Shown here: positions 36,361-49,774 of the stretch, piece after piece
How positions within the stretch are numbered: position 1 is the stretch's first letter
Layout: each line of letters opens with the position of its first letter
Assembly (NCBI RefSeq): GCF_036971445.1
Contig: NC_091472.1
Location: forward strand, 93,434,001 to 93,498,000
Origin: Narcine bancroftii
Lineage: Eukaryota
Length of the DNA: 64,000 nucleotides
Reading direction: 5' to 3'
Made by a program: the position numbers and the translations under genes
Notes under the pieces: model-generated
What the model was told of the DNA's origin: nothing
Database searches by the model: none
Seen by the model: only the letters and a program-made list of their open reading frames with translations

Positions 36361-38431
36361 CGTTATCATACAGGTGCAAAGTGTAGCTCCAAGAGATCTC
36401 AACATTGACTCCTGATCCCACAAATTCTCATGTCACCGTCAAAATTGGCAAGGAAATGTCCTCCTGAACGCCAATCATAATCCACATTCATAGTCATGCT
36501 AAATGGATAGGACTCAAAAAACAGCAGGAAGCTCCAAAGAGGGCATCTTTGAAGCATTGTGAACCACTACCAAACACAGAAGTCGCTCCATAGCAGTCTT
36601 TCATCACATGAACTGGCATATCCCCAACCAGATTCAATGAAGAGTTCAGAAGGACATGTCAAGACAGCACTAGGTGTGTCTGAAAATGTATTATGCAACA
36701 GACAGAAATAAATGATTCCACACCTGATGATCATATCAAAATACTGAAGTCCTGCCACATGGTGGTAGACAGTTAAACAGCTATTGGGAGAGTTCTAAGA
36801 GCATATTAAATTCCTTATTTGGAAATTTATTGCTATTGTTCCATTATGTTGAAACCATGGAACTTCCTTCACAATATCTTTTCGAGAATACCTTCACCAG
36901 AAGTACTGGAATTGTTCCTGAACCACCACCACCTTCTCAAGAGCAATTAAAGACGTAATCAGTGATGCCCTTTCCAGTGACACCCATATGACGTTCTTAA
37001 AATTGTATTGTAAAAGATTACAGCTTATTGTGGGCAATACAAACAGAAATTCAATTTTACCATCAAATGATAAATAAAAAGTATACTTTCTACATGAAGT
37101 AAAACTTAAAGTCTTCTTGATAATGTTTATCATTTTAAAAAGTAGAGCAAGACCAGATTAAATTTGATAAGCAATTTGAAAATGGATAAAAACCGACCCT
37201 TAGGCAATGGACTCCATAAAGACTGCATAGAAATGTACAGCCTGTGGATGGACTTGGCAAAGTTTGCTTCTGGGAATTTCTATTAGACTATTGAAAGAAA
37301 AGATATTCCATAGATCTTTCCAGTTTGCTATTTAATTAATACTGTGATTAAGAAAGTGTCTGATGGATTTACATTTTCAGATTTTCTCTTTGGAGTGATG
37401 AAGGATGAGAGGTGATTTAATGGAGATATACAAGATTATGAGGGGCATAGACAGAGTGGACAGCCAGAACATTTTTCATGGGGTGACATTAGCAAATAAC
37501 AGAGGACATCCGTTTTAGGTGAGTGAAGAAATGTTTAGCGAAGATGTCACAGGTAGGTTTTTTTTAACACAGAGAATGGTGGTTACCTGGAATGCATAGT
37601 TAGAAGGTTGGAGGCTTTGGAAGGGAGATCATCTGATGTGATGAGAACCATGATAGCCTGGGAGATGATAGCCTGATGATGGGTAATGAGCTCCTGGACT
37701 AGGGGTAGCTGTGAGGAGCTGACATCTGACATTGACAACGTAAGTACAGCAGACTACAACCATGCTTCTTTTGCCCGTGGGTAAAAGTTGGGATTGATGC
37801 AGAGTGAGTGGAGAACCACACATTCAGACAGACTGAGGTTCATGTGTGATGGCAACTTCTCATTGGTTAAATGACCTTTTGGCAATTGGAGATGAAAAGG
37901 TCAAAATTAGGAAACTTGCTGGGGGTGGGGATGGGTAGGTGACCAAGAGGAGGAGAACAGTTGGAGGTGGGTAAATAGATCTTTAGTGAGCCTCAGGATT
38001 TCTTGCCAATCAGATAATCAGAGATGGGAGGTTTAAAAGGATGATAAAGACATTCTTGCTCTTGACCTTTAATTTTATCCTTCCTTGATATCAGTGAGAT
38101 GAAACGTTGATTGGACAACCACTTTGCCAAACACCTGCGTTCTGTCTATGGGTCAAAGCTAGAACTTCCTGTTGCCAACCATTTTAATTCCCCTTATCAT
38201 TTCCACACAAAAATGTCCTCACCCTCAACCATTTCCAGGGCAAGATCAAATTTTAGGTAATCTCTATCTCTCTGGTTCACCATTCTATCTCTATCTCCTA
38301 TCATTCTTACTTTTTTCAGACCTTCACTCCCTCCCAGCACTTTCTCTCTCCATCTATCTCTCCACCTCTCCCACTTTCTATTCAATACTCTATTATTCCT
38401 AGATGCTCTCCAGGTTCTTCCTCTTCACCTC

Positions 38432-40250
38432 TTAACATAACATAACATAACAATTACAGCATGGGAACAGCCCATTAGGCCCTTCTAGTCCGCACTGAAC
38501 CAAACACCCCTTTCTAGTCCCACCTCCCTGCACAATGCCCATAACCCTCCATCTTCTTCTCATCCATATACCTGTCCAACCTTTTCTTAAATAATACAAT
38601 TGACTCCGCCGCCACTATTTCTCCCGGAAGATCATTCCACACAGCTACCACTCTCTGAGTAAAGAAGTTCCCCCTCATGTTACCTCTAAACCTCTGCCCC
38701 TTAATTCTTAACTCATGTCCTCTTGTTTTAAACTTTCCTCCTCTTAACGGAAATAGTCTATCCACATCCATTCTGTCTATCCCTTTCATAATCTTAAATA
38801 CTTCTATCAAATCCCCTCTCAACCTTCTACGCTCCAAAGAATAAAGACCCAATCAGTCCAATCTCTCCCCATACTTCAGATGCTTAAACCCAGGCAACAT
38901 TCTGGTAAACCTTCTCTGCACTCTCTCCACTCTGTTTATATCCTTCCTATAATTAGGCGACCAGAACTGCACACAGAACTCCAAATTAGGCTGCACCAAC
39001 GTCTTATACAATCTCAACATCACCTCCCAACTCCTATATTCCATGCAATGATTGATAAAGGCCAACATACTAAAAGCCTTCTTCACCACCCTATTCACGT
39101 GAGTTTCTACCTTCAGGGAACGATGTACCGTTACTCCTAAATCTTTCTGCTCTTCTGTATTCCTCAATGCTCTCCCATTTACCACATATGTCCTATTCTG
39201 ATTCTTCTTACCAAAATGAAGCACCTCACACTTATCAGCATTAAATTCCATCTGCCATTTTTCAGCCCACTTTTCTAAGCAGCCCAAATCCCTCTGCAAT
39301 CCTTGAAAACCTTCTTCATTATCCACTATTCCACCTATCTTAGTATCGTCTGCATATTTACTAATCCAATTCACCACCCCATCATCTAGATCATTAATGT
39401 ATATAACGAACAACAATGGGCCCAATACAGATCCTTGAGGCACACCACTGGTCACCGGCCTCCAACCTGACAGACAATTATCCACTACCACACTCTGGCC
39501 TCTCCCTTTCAGCCAATGTTCAATCCATTTGACTATCTCAAAATTTATACCTAAAGACTGCACCTTCCTAACTAACCTTCCATGTGGTACCTTATCGAAG
39601 GCCTTACTGAAGTCCATATAGACAACATCCACTGCGCTACCCTCATCCACATTCCTAGTCACCTCTTCAAAAAATTCAATCAGATTGGTCAAACATGACC
39701 TTCCTCCCACAAATCCATGTTGAGTGCTCCTGATCAGACCCTGTCTATCCAGATGTTTATAAGTACTATCTCTAAGAATTTTCTCCATTAATTTACCTAC
39801 CACAGACGTCAAACTTACAGGCCGATAGTTGCCAGGCTTCCTCCTTGAACCCTTTTTAAATAACGGAACCACATGCGCAATGCGCCAATCCTCCGGCACT
39901 ATCCCCATATCTAATGACATTTGAAAAATTACCGCCAGAGCCTCTGCTATTTCCTCCTTCACTTCTCTCAATGTCCTGGGGAAGATCCCGTCTGGTCCCG
40001 GAGACTTATCCACCTTTATATTCTTCAAAAGCCTTAAAACTACACCTTTTGTAATCTCTATATTCCCCATATTTACCCAATTTGCTTTTTTTATCCCACA
40101 TCTCCCAATATCCTTCTCCTTAGTGAATACCGAAGAAAAGAAACTGTTCAATATCTCCCCCATTTCTCTAGGTCCCACACACAGTTTTCCACTCTGATTT
40201 TCTAAGGGACCAATTTTGTCTCTAGCTTTCCTCTTACCATTAACATATTT
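38432..40250 (-). mobile_element. Young 5'-truncated CR1 LINE with near-intact RT domain
   Basis: 487-aa ORF (KSPGPDG, NYRPVSLTS, DFSKAFDKV, GVPQGSVLGP, KYADDTK) continues in frame after one TGA at 38853-38855 into 38514-38852; (TTATG)n tail at 38432-38451. Confidence 0.97.
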
Positions 40251-40680
40251 GTAGATATTTGTTAAACTGTATATCATCCCTTTCCATTTTAGTCTCAATA
40301 AAGAGTTCCAATCCAAAACATTGACTGGCTGTTTTTCTTCATGGATGCTCTCTTATCCCCGATTCCTTCTAGCTTTTCTTTGTTTCCTCAAGATTACAAC
40401 TTCTGCAGTGTATGGTTTATTTAAGTTCATTACTGTTTCTACTTTCTCATATCCCTTGATCTCTTTCACCATACAGATTTTATTAAGCTTTATCTGCACC
40501 TAACTATATCTGTCTATCCCAAAAGTCTCTCCCAAACAAGACTGTTAATTCATCTTGTAACACTTACTTGAGAATGGCATGCTCTCCATTTGGTTCCTCA
40601 ACATTATCAGTGCAGGAAACTATGGCCTAAAGACCAATCTATTTCTCTGATGGTGAGAATAATAACCCAAGTAATCAAGG

Positions 40681-40884
40681 TATTCAGTAAAAACACAATG
40701 CTGGAGAAACCCATATTGTTTGGGTGACTGCCTATATTTTGCTCATATCTTGATGTAGGGCTCAAGCCCAAAACATTGATTATGTATTTTATATTTGCTA
40801 TATAAAGGACATTGTTTGACCTGCTGAGTTTCTCCAGCTTTAGTGTTTTTACTTCAATCATGGTGTCTGCAGGCTTTTGTGTTT
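40681..40884 (+). mobile_element. Short Penelope pseudo-LTR insertion with inverted 5' piece
   Basis: Flanked by the 9-bp direct repeat taatcaagg (40672-40680, 40885-40893); 40693-40710 is inverted relative to 40829-40848. Confidence 0.75.
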
Positions 40885-40899
40885 TAATCAAGGAACACT

Positions 40900-42727
40900 T
40901 CCCAATGTTTCTGGCCTGTTCCCTTCTTTAAGGTATGAACAAAAAGCAGACAGGTGCCTGAATAAAAGCTGGGGTAGAAAGGAAGCAAGGACTTGGGGAG
41001 GAGCATAAGCCAACAGACAAAAGGTGATCATTGGAGATCGGGAGAGGGAAGGTGAGAATTGATTGGAGAAGGATGTTGGCTCTCTGATTGGAGGAAAGGA
41101 GACAGTGGGAAAGAAAAAGACCGAGACAGAAAGAGCTAGACAAAAGGAGAAATAAGAATGGTGGGGGGGGGAGGGAGAGAGAGATGGGGTGGAGCTAACA
41201 GCAAACAGAGAAGTCCATGTTCATGCCATCTGGTTGGAGAGTGCCCAAATGGAATATGAGGTGTTCCTCCAATTTGTGGGTGGTCTCAATCATGAAACCA
41301 CCAAATCCTACAGCTCCTTGTCCCATGTAAGGATTCCAATCTTTTCTTGTGATACCTCCATCTCTGTGGCATCTGCTCCCAGAATGAAGTCTTCCATAAG
41401 ATGTCACCTGAGACATACTGCTTCTTCAAATAAATGGTTTTCCCCCTTTACCATCAATTCAGCACTTTTTGCATATCCTCCATCTTCACATCTCCCCTGG
41501 CCCCTTCTGCCCCTACACACAACAAGGACAGGGTTCCCCTTGTCTTCACCTACCACACCACCAGCCTCCACATCCAACATGTCGCCATCCACCATTTCTG
41601 AACTGATTACATGATCCCACCACTAGATGCATGTTCCTCTCTCCTCCCCTCAATGCCTTCAACTAGGATCACTCCCTCCATGACTCCCTCATCCACTCCT
41701 TCCTTCCCACCAATTGCCCCCTTGGCTTCTACCCCGGTAACCACCAGAAGTGCAAAACTTGAACCCATACCCCCTCCATCACCACCATTTTGGGCCTCAA
41801 GCAGTCTTTCCAAGTTAAGCAACACTTCACTTGTGAGTCTACAGGGGTCTTCTACTGTATCCGGTGCTTTCCTGTGGTCTCCTCTACATTGGGAAGATTG
41901 GACACAGACTGGGAGATTACTTTGTTGAGCATCTCGGCTCTGTCCCCTGCAATAGCATGGATCTCCCAGTGACCACCAATTTTAATTCTTCATCTCATTC
42001 CCTTGCCAACATGTCTGTCCATGGTCACATGTACTGCCAGACTAAAACCTCCTGTAAATTGGAGGAACAGCACCTCATCTTCTGACTGGGCACTTTTCAA
42101 CTTGATAACATTAATATTAACTTCTCTGGCTATCATTAAAACACCCTACCACCCCCTGCTTCCTCGACATCTTTCTATTCCCTGTCTCCTTTCGCACAGA
42201 CATGATAAATTCTACCTAGTCCCTTATCATATCCAATTAACACCTTTTGTTGTTCTGGATTTCTCCCCCATTGTTTGAATTCTGAGACGTTCTGGTACAT
42301 TCTGCTTCTGCCTTTTCTGATTTTTCCTTGAAGAAAGGCTCAGTCCCAAAATGTCAGCAATATATCTTTGTCTCCTATAGGTGCTAAAAAGACCAACTGA
42401 GTTCCTCCAGCATTTTGGTGTCTTCTACTGCATCGTTGTGGCCTCGTCTACATTAGAGAGGGGTGGACACCAACTGGGAACTCAGTTCATTGAGTACTTA
42501 GCTCTGTCTGCCACAATAGTGGGATCTCCCGGTAGCTACCTATTTCAATTCCCCACCCCATTCGCATAATGACATATCTGTCCATGGTCTCATGAAATGC
42601 CAGACTGAGACCACCACCTCATATTCCTTTTCAGCACCCTCTAACCTGATGGCATTAGCATTGTCTTCTCTGTTTTCTGTTAGCTCCTCCCTCCAGTCCC
42701 ACTCCTTCACTCCCCTTCCCCTATTTA

Positions 42728-42763
<36 letters not shown>

Positions 42764-43085
42764 TACAAAGATCTCTTTTCCTCCTCCAACTCTGCATTCA
42801 CAAAGCCATGCTCCTGCCCCAATCAATTCTCACCTTTCCTTTCCTCCTATCCATGTCCAATTATCACCTTTTGACTATTGGCCTGTGTTCCACCCCCTGC
42901 CCTTTCTTCCCTTCTCCACCAGCCTTTTTATTCAGGTTCCTGTCTGCTTTTTGCTCATACCTTGAAGAAAGGCTCAGTCCTGAAACATTGGTTATACATC
43001 TTTACCTCCTATAGATTTTGTGAGATCTACAATTTTTTTTTTGTTTTTACCACATTCACAGTCTCCGCAGATTTTCATGTTTCAT
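40900..43085 (+). mobile_element. Penelope-like element cluster: inverted 3' copy (40900-41290, -), body with GIY-YIG endonuclease (41290-42420), tandem partial copy (42420-43085)
   Basis: KQSFQVKQHFTCESTGVFYCIRC and CGLLYIGKIGHRLGDYFVEH...LEEQHLIF GIY-YIG motifs; repeated pseudo-LTRs. Confidence 0.9.
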
Positions 43086-43194
43086 GACAAGTTATCAGTT
43101 CCGAGAAAACCATATCAACAGATATTTGCATTCCTCTTTTTGAGCCTGCTGCTATACAATTAGTATTGAGTACACTAAGCTAAGTACATAAAAA

Positions 43195-43700
43195 TAGAAG
43201 AAGTATGGCATACTTCTGCTCTATTCATCATGAACATGACTGACCTTGTATTTCAGTGCTCTTCCCAGAACTGCCCCTATATCTCCTGATTCCCTTAATG
43301 TTCAGAAATTTATCAATCTCTGTTTTTAATGAACAAAATGTATGAGCTTCTACAGCAGTCTGGAGCAGAACATTTCAAACATTCATCACTTTCTTAGTGA
43401 AGAGGATTCTCATTCTCAGTTCATAGTAATTCAGCCTTTATTCTAGGAATGTGCTTCAGGCCCGAGGCTCTTCAACCAGGAAACATCCTCTCACCTGGCC
43501 TGTTAAGCCCTGTAAGTTTCAATAAGATGTCCTCTTATTCTTCTATAAATTGACTTATTCTCTCCCTGTGTAACAAACCCACCATTCTGGGAGTCAATGT
43601 AGTGTATCTTCTCTGTACTTCTGTGACAATTATATCATTTCCTTGGTGGAAGATGAAAAATGTACACAATAATCCTGGTGTGGTTTCATCAAGATATTAT
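43195..43700 (-). mobile_element. Old CR1 3' fragment
   Basis: Degenerate CR1 3' UTR and ORF2-end similarity on the minus strand. Confidence 0.55.
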
Positions 43701-44113
43701 ATAATAGGTTTATCTCTGTCCTTTTAAACATAACACTACCAAATCATTCACCATTCACAAATATTCTGCCTTTTCTGTTATGTGTACTGTAGTGACAGTT
43801 TTGCACTTCAAGTTCCCTCTGCCGTGTATTACAATTAATACAAACTTCTGCATTTATGACAAGCATGTAAAGCACATGGGACCAATTAAAAAATGGAATG
43901 GTGTGGATTTGTGGGGCAATAAGAATGAGATTGAAAAACTGAGGGGCAAGAAGGAAGTGATGTGGAAGGAAAGAGAGGAAAAGCCAGAATGTAGGAAGGC
44001 TTAAGGAGGGAGAGGAAACAGGAAAGCATAATAATGTTATTCAATAAGATCAAGGCTTCCTTTTGACTTCAGCATCATTTTCTATGCCTTTGGATTCCCT
44101 GAATATCCAAATA

Positions 44114-44812
44114 CAGCAAAGCCCCTGGTATCCAGCATCTATGGGGTAGATGCTGCATAAATGTGTTTTTTGGTTGCTTGAAACTCGCTCTTCCGATGCC
44201 TAACTAATACACCTGCATTAAAAATAAACAATTTAAAAGAGAAAAATACTATGCTGTACTTAGATGGAACAAATTTAACTTGCAAGAATATATAAACCTG
44301 AAAGGACATTTTATTTTATTTTTCGTGACATTCTTCGAAAACATTTAACCATCACTGTATCTGCAGGTTCCTCCCCCTCTATGGAGCTGCCTGAAAGACG
44401 AAAAATGAACAATTACATCTTAATTAACCCCCCCCCCACTCAAGTTTACAGATAAAGTCTTACTAATATACTTAATAATATATTAATAAAGATAAAGACT
44501 CTTAGTAAGCAGGGATAAAGAGACACTTTAAGAGTGACACCCTAATGGTGAGCGTGATCAACCAGTTCTTCATTCTTCCATTTTATTCAAACACAACTTT
44601 ATTCAAACAGCTGCTATGAGCAAAGCTGGCTGAATATCACCCCCCCCCCTCATCTGCACCAAATGTTTATATGCTACGTCAGAGAACTTTTAAACTTCTA
44701 TTTAAATTTTTTTTCTTATTTATTTCAATTTATTTATTTATTTTCATCGAATATTTTGCTGATTATTTGAGGTTGCTAGTTGCTTGAACTCTGGATAACA
44801 GAGGTTTCACTG
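44114..44812 (+). mobile_element. Tc1/mariner-pogo (Tigger-like) non-autonomous DNA transposon
   Basis: TA duplications at 44112-44113 and 44813-44814; TIRs cagcaaagcccctggtatcca / tggataacagaggtttcactg; no ORF. Confidence 0.85.
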
Positions 44813-44827
44813 TACCTATTAATATGT

Positions 44828-44861
44828 ACCTTGATGAAGGGCTCAGGTCTGAAACGTTGGT
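44828..44861 (+). ncRNA. Minimal type I hammerhead ribozyme-like motif of a Penelope pseudo-LTR (U3 variant)
   Basis: acc-TTGATGA-a-gggc-tcag-gtct-GAAAC-GTT-ggt gives stem I acc/ggt, the core, stem II and an NUH triplet. Activity is not shown. Confidence 0.65.
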
Positions 44862-45489
44862 TTTATATTTTTGCCTCTGATGGACACTAAGGGTGTTTCT
44901 GAGTTTCTCCAACAATTTTGTGTATTTATCTATTAATCTGTGTCTTTAATATTTTCAGTGGCAGACTTGCTTAGGAAAGATAATTCAATAGGTTCAATAC
45001 CCTTGAACTGAAGAAGTTTCTTTCATCTCTCCTTTTTTTTATTTTATCCAAGTGGATAAGCTAACATTTTTAAAAATGTATTCCATCTGCCATGCTGATA
45101 CTAAGTCACATATTAAAGGTGAGAGGCACTTTTGGGAGAGTTGTGGAGTGTCTCAGAAACAACACTGTTGGAAAGAGTATAATTCAAGAATCTTTATGTA
45201 TATTTGTGATGTGTAATGTACTTCTATGTGTGTGCACCATGGTGTGGAGAAACACTGTTTCATCTGGTAGTATATGTACAGGTAAACTTGAACATGAATC
45301 TTGGAAGAATCACATGGACAAATGTTACTTGGGTGAGCAATGTTTTGCAAGAGTTTCTTGGGCTATCACATTCTGGAGCTAACTATAGGCTGGACTATGC
45401 TGGACTTGGTATTGGGCAACAAGAAAGAATTAGTTAATTACATCATAATGAAAGCACCCCTTGGTAATCACAATATGATGGAATTTTAC

Positions 45490-48270
45490 ATTCAATTTGA
45501 GGAAGTCAAGTACTAGGGAACTTTGGACAGTCAATGATAGAGTCTTGACATCAGTTAGAATGACATTGGAGGAGGTGGTAAAGGTCCTAATGCACATTAA
45601 GGCTGGCAAATCTCCTGGACCAGATCAGATATATCCAAGGACACTGTGGGAAGCAAGAGAGAAAATTTTAGGTCCTTGGATAAGATTTATGAGTCATCCT
45701 TAAGTACAGGTGAAGTGCTAGAAAACTGAAAGATGGCAAATATTAAAACCATAGAATAGAACTACAGCATGGAAACAGGCCCCTTTAGCCCTTCTAGTCT
45801 GTGCCAAACCTTTATTTTGCCTAGTCCCCATGACCTGCACCCAGTCCATAGCCCTCCATACCTCTCCCAACCATGTACCTGTTGAAATTCTTCTTAAATG
45901 TTAAAATTGAGCTCGTTCCACACTCTCACAAGTCTCTGTATGAAGAAGTTTCCCCTTATGTTCCCCCTAAACTTTTTCCCTTTCACTCTTAACCCATGTC
46001 CTCTGGTTTGTATCTCATCTATCCTCAGTGGAAATAGTGTATCTACATTTACTCTGTCTAACTCCCTCATAATTTTAAATTCCTGCATCAAATCTCCCCT
46101 CATTCTTCTTTGCTCCAGGGAATAACCTTTCCTTGTAACTCAGTTCCAGGCAGCATCCTAGTAAATTTTCTCTGCACTCTTCCTATCTTATTGATATCTT
46201 TCCGGTAGTTAGGTGACCTAAACTACACACAATACTCCAATTTGGCCTCACCAATGTCTTATACAATTTTTTCCATAACATCACAGCTCCAAAACTCAAT
46301 AATTTGATTTAATAAGCTCTCTTTACAACCCTATCAACCTGTGATGCTACTTTCAGGGAATTACTGTATGTATCTATATTCTCAGGTCCCGCTGTTCTAC
46401 TGTACTCCTCAGTGCCCTTCTATTCACTGTGTACAACCTTTCTTGGTTGCCCTTCCAAAATTCAACACTTCACATTTGTCTGCATTAAATTCCATCACCC
46501 ATTTTTCAGCCCTTTTTTCCACCTGGTCAAAATTCCTTTGCAATCTTCGCTGTCAACAACACCTCTAATCTTAGTGTCATCTGCAAACTTGCTGATCCAA
46601 TTTACCACATTATCATCTAGTTCATTGATATAGATGACAAACAACAATGGTCCCAGCACCGATCCTTGAGGCACACCCCTAGTCACTGGCCTCTAGTCTG
46701 AGAAACCTTCCACCACTACTCCTTGCCTTCTCCCAAGCAGTCTGAACCTTCCTGACTAACCTTGCATGCAGGACCTTGTCAAACACCTACCTAAAGTCCA
46801 TGTAGATAATATCCACAACCTTTCCATCATTAACTTTCCTGGTAACCTCCTCGAAAAACACAACCTACCACGCACAAAGCCATATTGATTATCCCAAATC
46901 AGTTTCTGGCTATCCATTCATTGGGCAGTCTATTATACAACACCATGAGTGTAGTCATACCTTTCCTGTTCCTCAGCGCCACCCATATGCCTCAGTAGAT
47001 GAGGCTCTGATCTGTCCTGCCTGAGCACAGCTGTAATATTTTCCCTGACAGGCAATGCCACTCTTCCCCCTTTCATCTTCCCTGTTCTATCACATCTAAA
47101 GCAACAGAAGCCTGGAAAATTGAGCTGCAGTCCTGCTCCTCCTGCAATCAAGTTTCATTAATGGCCACAATGTCATAATTCCACGTGCAAATCCACGCTC
47201 TAAGCTCATCTGCTTTTCCTACAATACTCCTTGCATTGAAATAGATGCACTTTAGAAAATTTCCACTGCATTCAACCCATTGATATCTAAAGATGCATGT
47301 AATTTTCACATCATCTTTTCCTCTCCACACTTTTATCTGCTCTGGCACTCTGGTTACCACCCCCCTGCCAACCTAATACATGCTCTCCATCAGAGAACAC
47401 TAGCAAATCTTCCCACAAGAATATTAGTCCCTCTTCAGTTCTAATGCAAACCATCTGTTGGAACAGGTCCCACCTTCCCTGGATGAAAGCCTGAAGCACT
47501 CCCTCCTGCACCATGCCTTTAGCCACATGTTCAGCAGCATTATCCTCCTATTTCTAACCTCACTAGCATGTGGCACAGATAGCAATCCTGAGATCATAAC
47601 CCTGGAGGTTCTGTCCTTAAACCTAGCACCTAACTCCCTTAACTCTCCATGCAGGACCTCCTCTCCTTTCCTATCAAAGTCATTGGTCCCTACATGGACC
47701 ACAACATCTGGCTGCTCACCCTTCCTCCTGAGAATCTGAGATATCTCAGACCCAAGTGCCAGGGAGGCAACATACCATTATTTAAGAAAGGCTGCAAGTA
47801 AAGGCCTGGAAGCTGCAGACCAGCTAGCAAAACATTTGTGGTTAATAAGTTACAAGAGAGCATCCTAAGGGAGAAGAAAGGCATGCAGTTGGATGGACAA
47901 GGGCTGATTAGGGATAGTCAGCAAGTGGGAAGACATGCCACACAAATCTAATTATGTTTTTTTGAAGATGTGACCAAGAAGTTTGACATTGTGTATTGTT
48001 GCTGCCCCATTTCGAGTATTGTGTTCATTTTTAGTCACCATGCTATAGCAAAGATGTTGTCAAGTTGGAGAGGTTGAAGAGAAGTTTTACAAGGATGATG
48101 CCGCGATTCAGGGGCCAAGCTATAGGGAGAGGTTGATAAGGGGTGATTTCATAGAAGTATACAAAACCTTGAGAGGAATAAATCTTTTCCCAAAGGATGG
48201 AAGTCAGTAAGAAGAGGAAAGAGAGATTTAACAGGTGGGGTGCTGAAGGAGGTGGTTCAGGCAGGTGCAA
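45490..48270 (+). mobile_element. CR1 fragment split by an antisense CR1 insertion
   Basis: KSPGPDQIYPRTLWE at 45497-45745; sequence resumes at ~47775 (accattatttaagaaagg, PLFKKG). Confidence 0.8.
45750..47775 (-). mobile_element. Internally deleted CR1 (ORF1 esterase, ORF2 start, RT end, 3' UTR)
   Basis: VHVGTNDFDRKGEEVL (SGNH esterase ORF1), LKCIYFNARSIVGKADEL (APE start), GVPQGSVLGP...FADDTK. Confidence 0.92.
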
Positions 48271-48379
48271 TTCCCAGCTCTCCTGCTGTATTGTTTAATA
48301 GGCCTCTGCATCTCCTCACTTGTCAGGAAGGCACAATAGTGACTGTATTTCCTGAGAAGAATGAAGCGGGCGAGACTAC

Positions 48380-49660
48380 TGACCACCATCACGTTAATTT
48401 CTGCAGGAGCACTATCGAGAGTGTTCTGGCCAACTGCAACACAGTGTGGTAAGGCTCCTGCAGTGAAATAGATCGGAGATCAATCCACAAGACCATTAGA
48501 GTGGCAGAGAGGATCACTGCAGTCTCCCTCCCCACCACTGACATGATCTACCAGGATTGTTGTCTGAAGAGTGCGCGCAAAATTATTGAGGACCCTTTCC
48601 ACCCTCACATACAGCATCTTTCAGCTGCTCTTGTTTTTAACTTAAGTGTAATATTTTTTCAGATTCTCTTTAAGCCTGCTCATCAAAGACATTTCTTTGC
48701 TGCTTTTGGTTTTCCTAATGCCCTGCTTGAGTTCTTCCCTGTGATCTTTAGATTCATTAAGGACCATGTCTCATTTTAGCTTCCTTACTCTTTTTGACTA
48801 AACTGACAACCTCTGTTGTCATCCAAGGTTCTCTTACCTTTCCCCAAGGTTCTCTTACCTTGCCATTGCTGTTCTTCCTCCTTACTGGAATATGCCAGTC
48901 CTGGACTATGATCAGCTCATCCTGAAACAATTCCCAAAGTCGGATGTGGATGTCCAAAAACAGCTGCTCCCAATTAACTCCTGTAGTTGTTGTCTAATGA
49001 TGCTGTAATTTATCCTCCAATTTAATGCAACAAATATATATATAATAGATATTTTACAATGTCAAAGAAAAAGAAAGGACTGAGCATCTATTGTTTCAAC
49101 AAAAAGAAGATTAAGGATGGTATTAATTATAGTGAACATTGGTCCCATAGAAAGTGTGCTGGGGAATCAAGAATGGGAAAGAAGGTGATGGTGGATGATT
49201 AAATGCATCATTACTCCCAAAGGACATATGTAACATCCCAGTAATATCTGAGGGCAAGAAAGATAGTTGATACATTGGTTTTCATTTTTCTAAATTCTTG
49301 AGATTCAGAAAAGGTACCATTCCACTGAACAATAACAAATGTAATTAGTCAGAAAGGGAGGGATAAAGAAGGCAAGAAACTATGGACCAATCTGCCATCG
49401 GATAAATATTATAAACTGTTATTAAAGAGGTTGTAATAAGACATCTATAAAAAAAATCAAGGGCATCGAGTAAAGCCAACAAGGTTTTGTGGAAAGGAAA
49501 TTATATTTGGCCAATTCATTGGAGTTCTTTGAAGAATAAAAGATGCTGTTGATAAAGGGGAAATTAACATTTACATTACATTGAATAAGATGCCACATCA
49601 AAGTCTATTGCAGAAAATAAAAGTAAGATACCTATGTGAATAAAATATTGACTAGCTAAC
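48380..49660. mobile_element. Mosaic of Rex1/Babar (+, 48380-48640), CR1 (-, 48650-49030) and CR1 (+, 49090-49660) fragments
   Basis: TIESVL...AERITAVSLP; VREPWMTTEV; degenerate CR1 RT remnants. Confidence 0.7.
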
Positions 49661-49774
49661 AGACATAGCGACATAGAGGGGAGACATAGATGGAGTTGAA
49701 CAAAAAAGTCTGCCAGTGTTAGCACAAACACAAACGTGCTGGAGAAATTCAGCAGGTCATGCAGCATTCATAGA

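Noticed and set aside
48823-48861. Tandem 18-bp repeat ccaaggttctcttacctt
   Set aside because: Simple slippage duplication inside a CR1 fragment.
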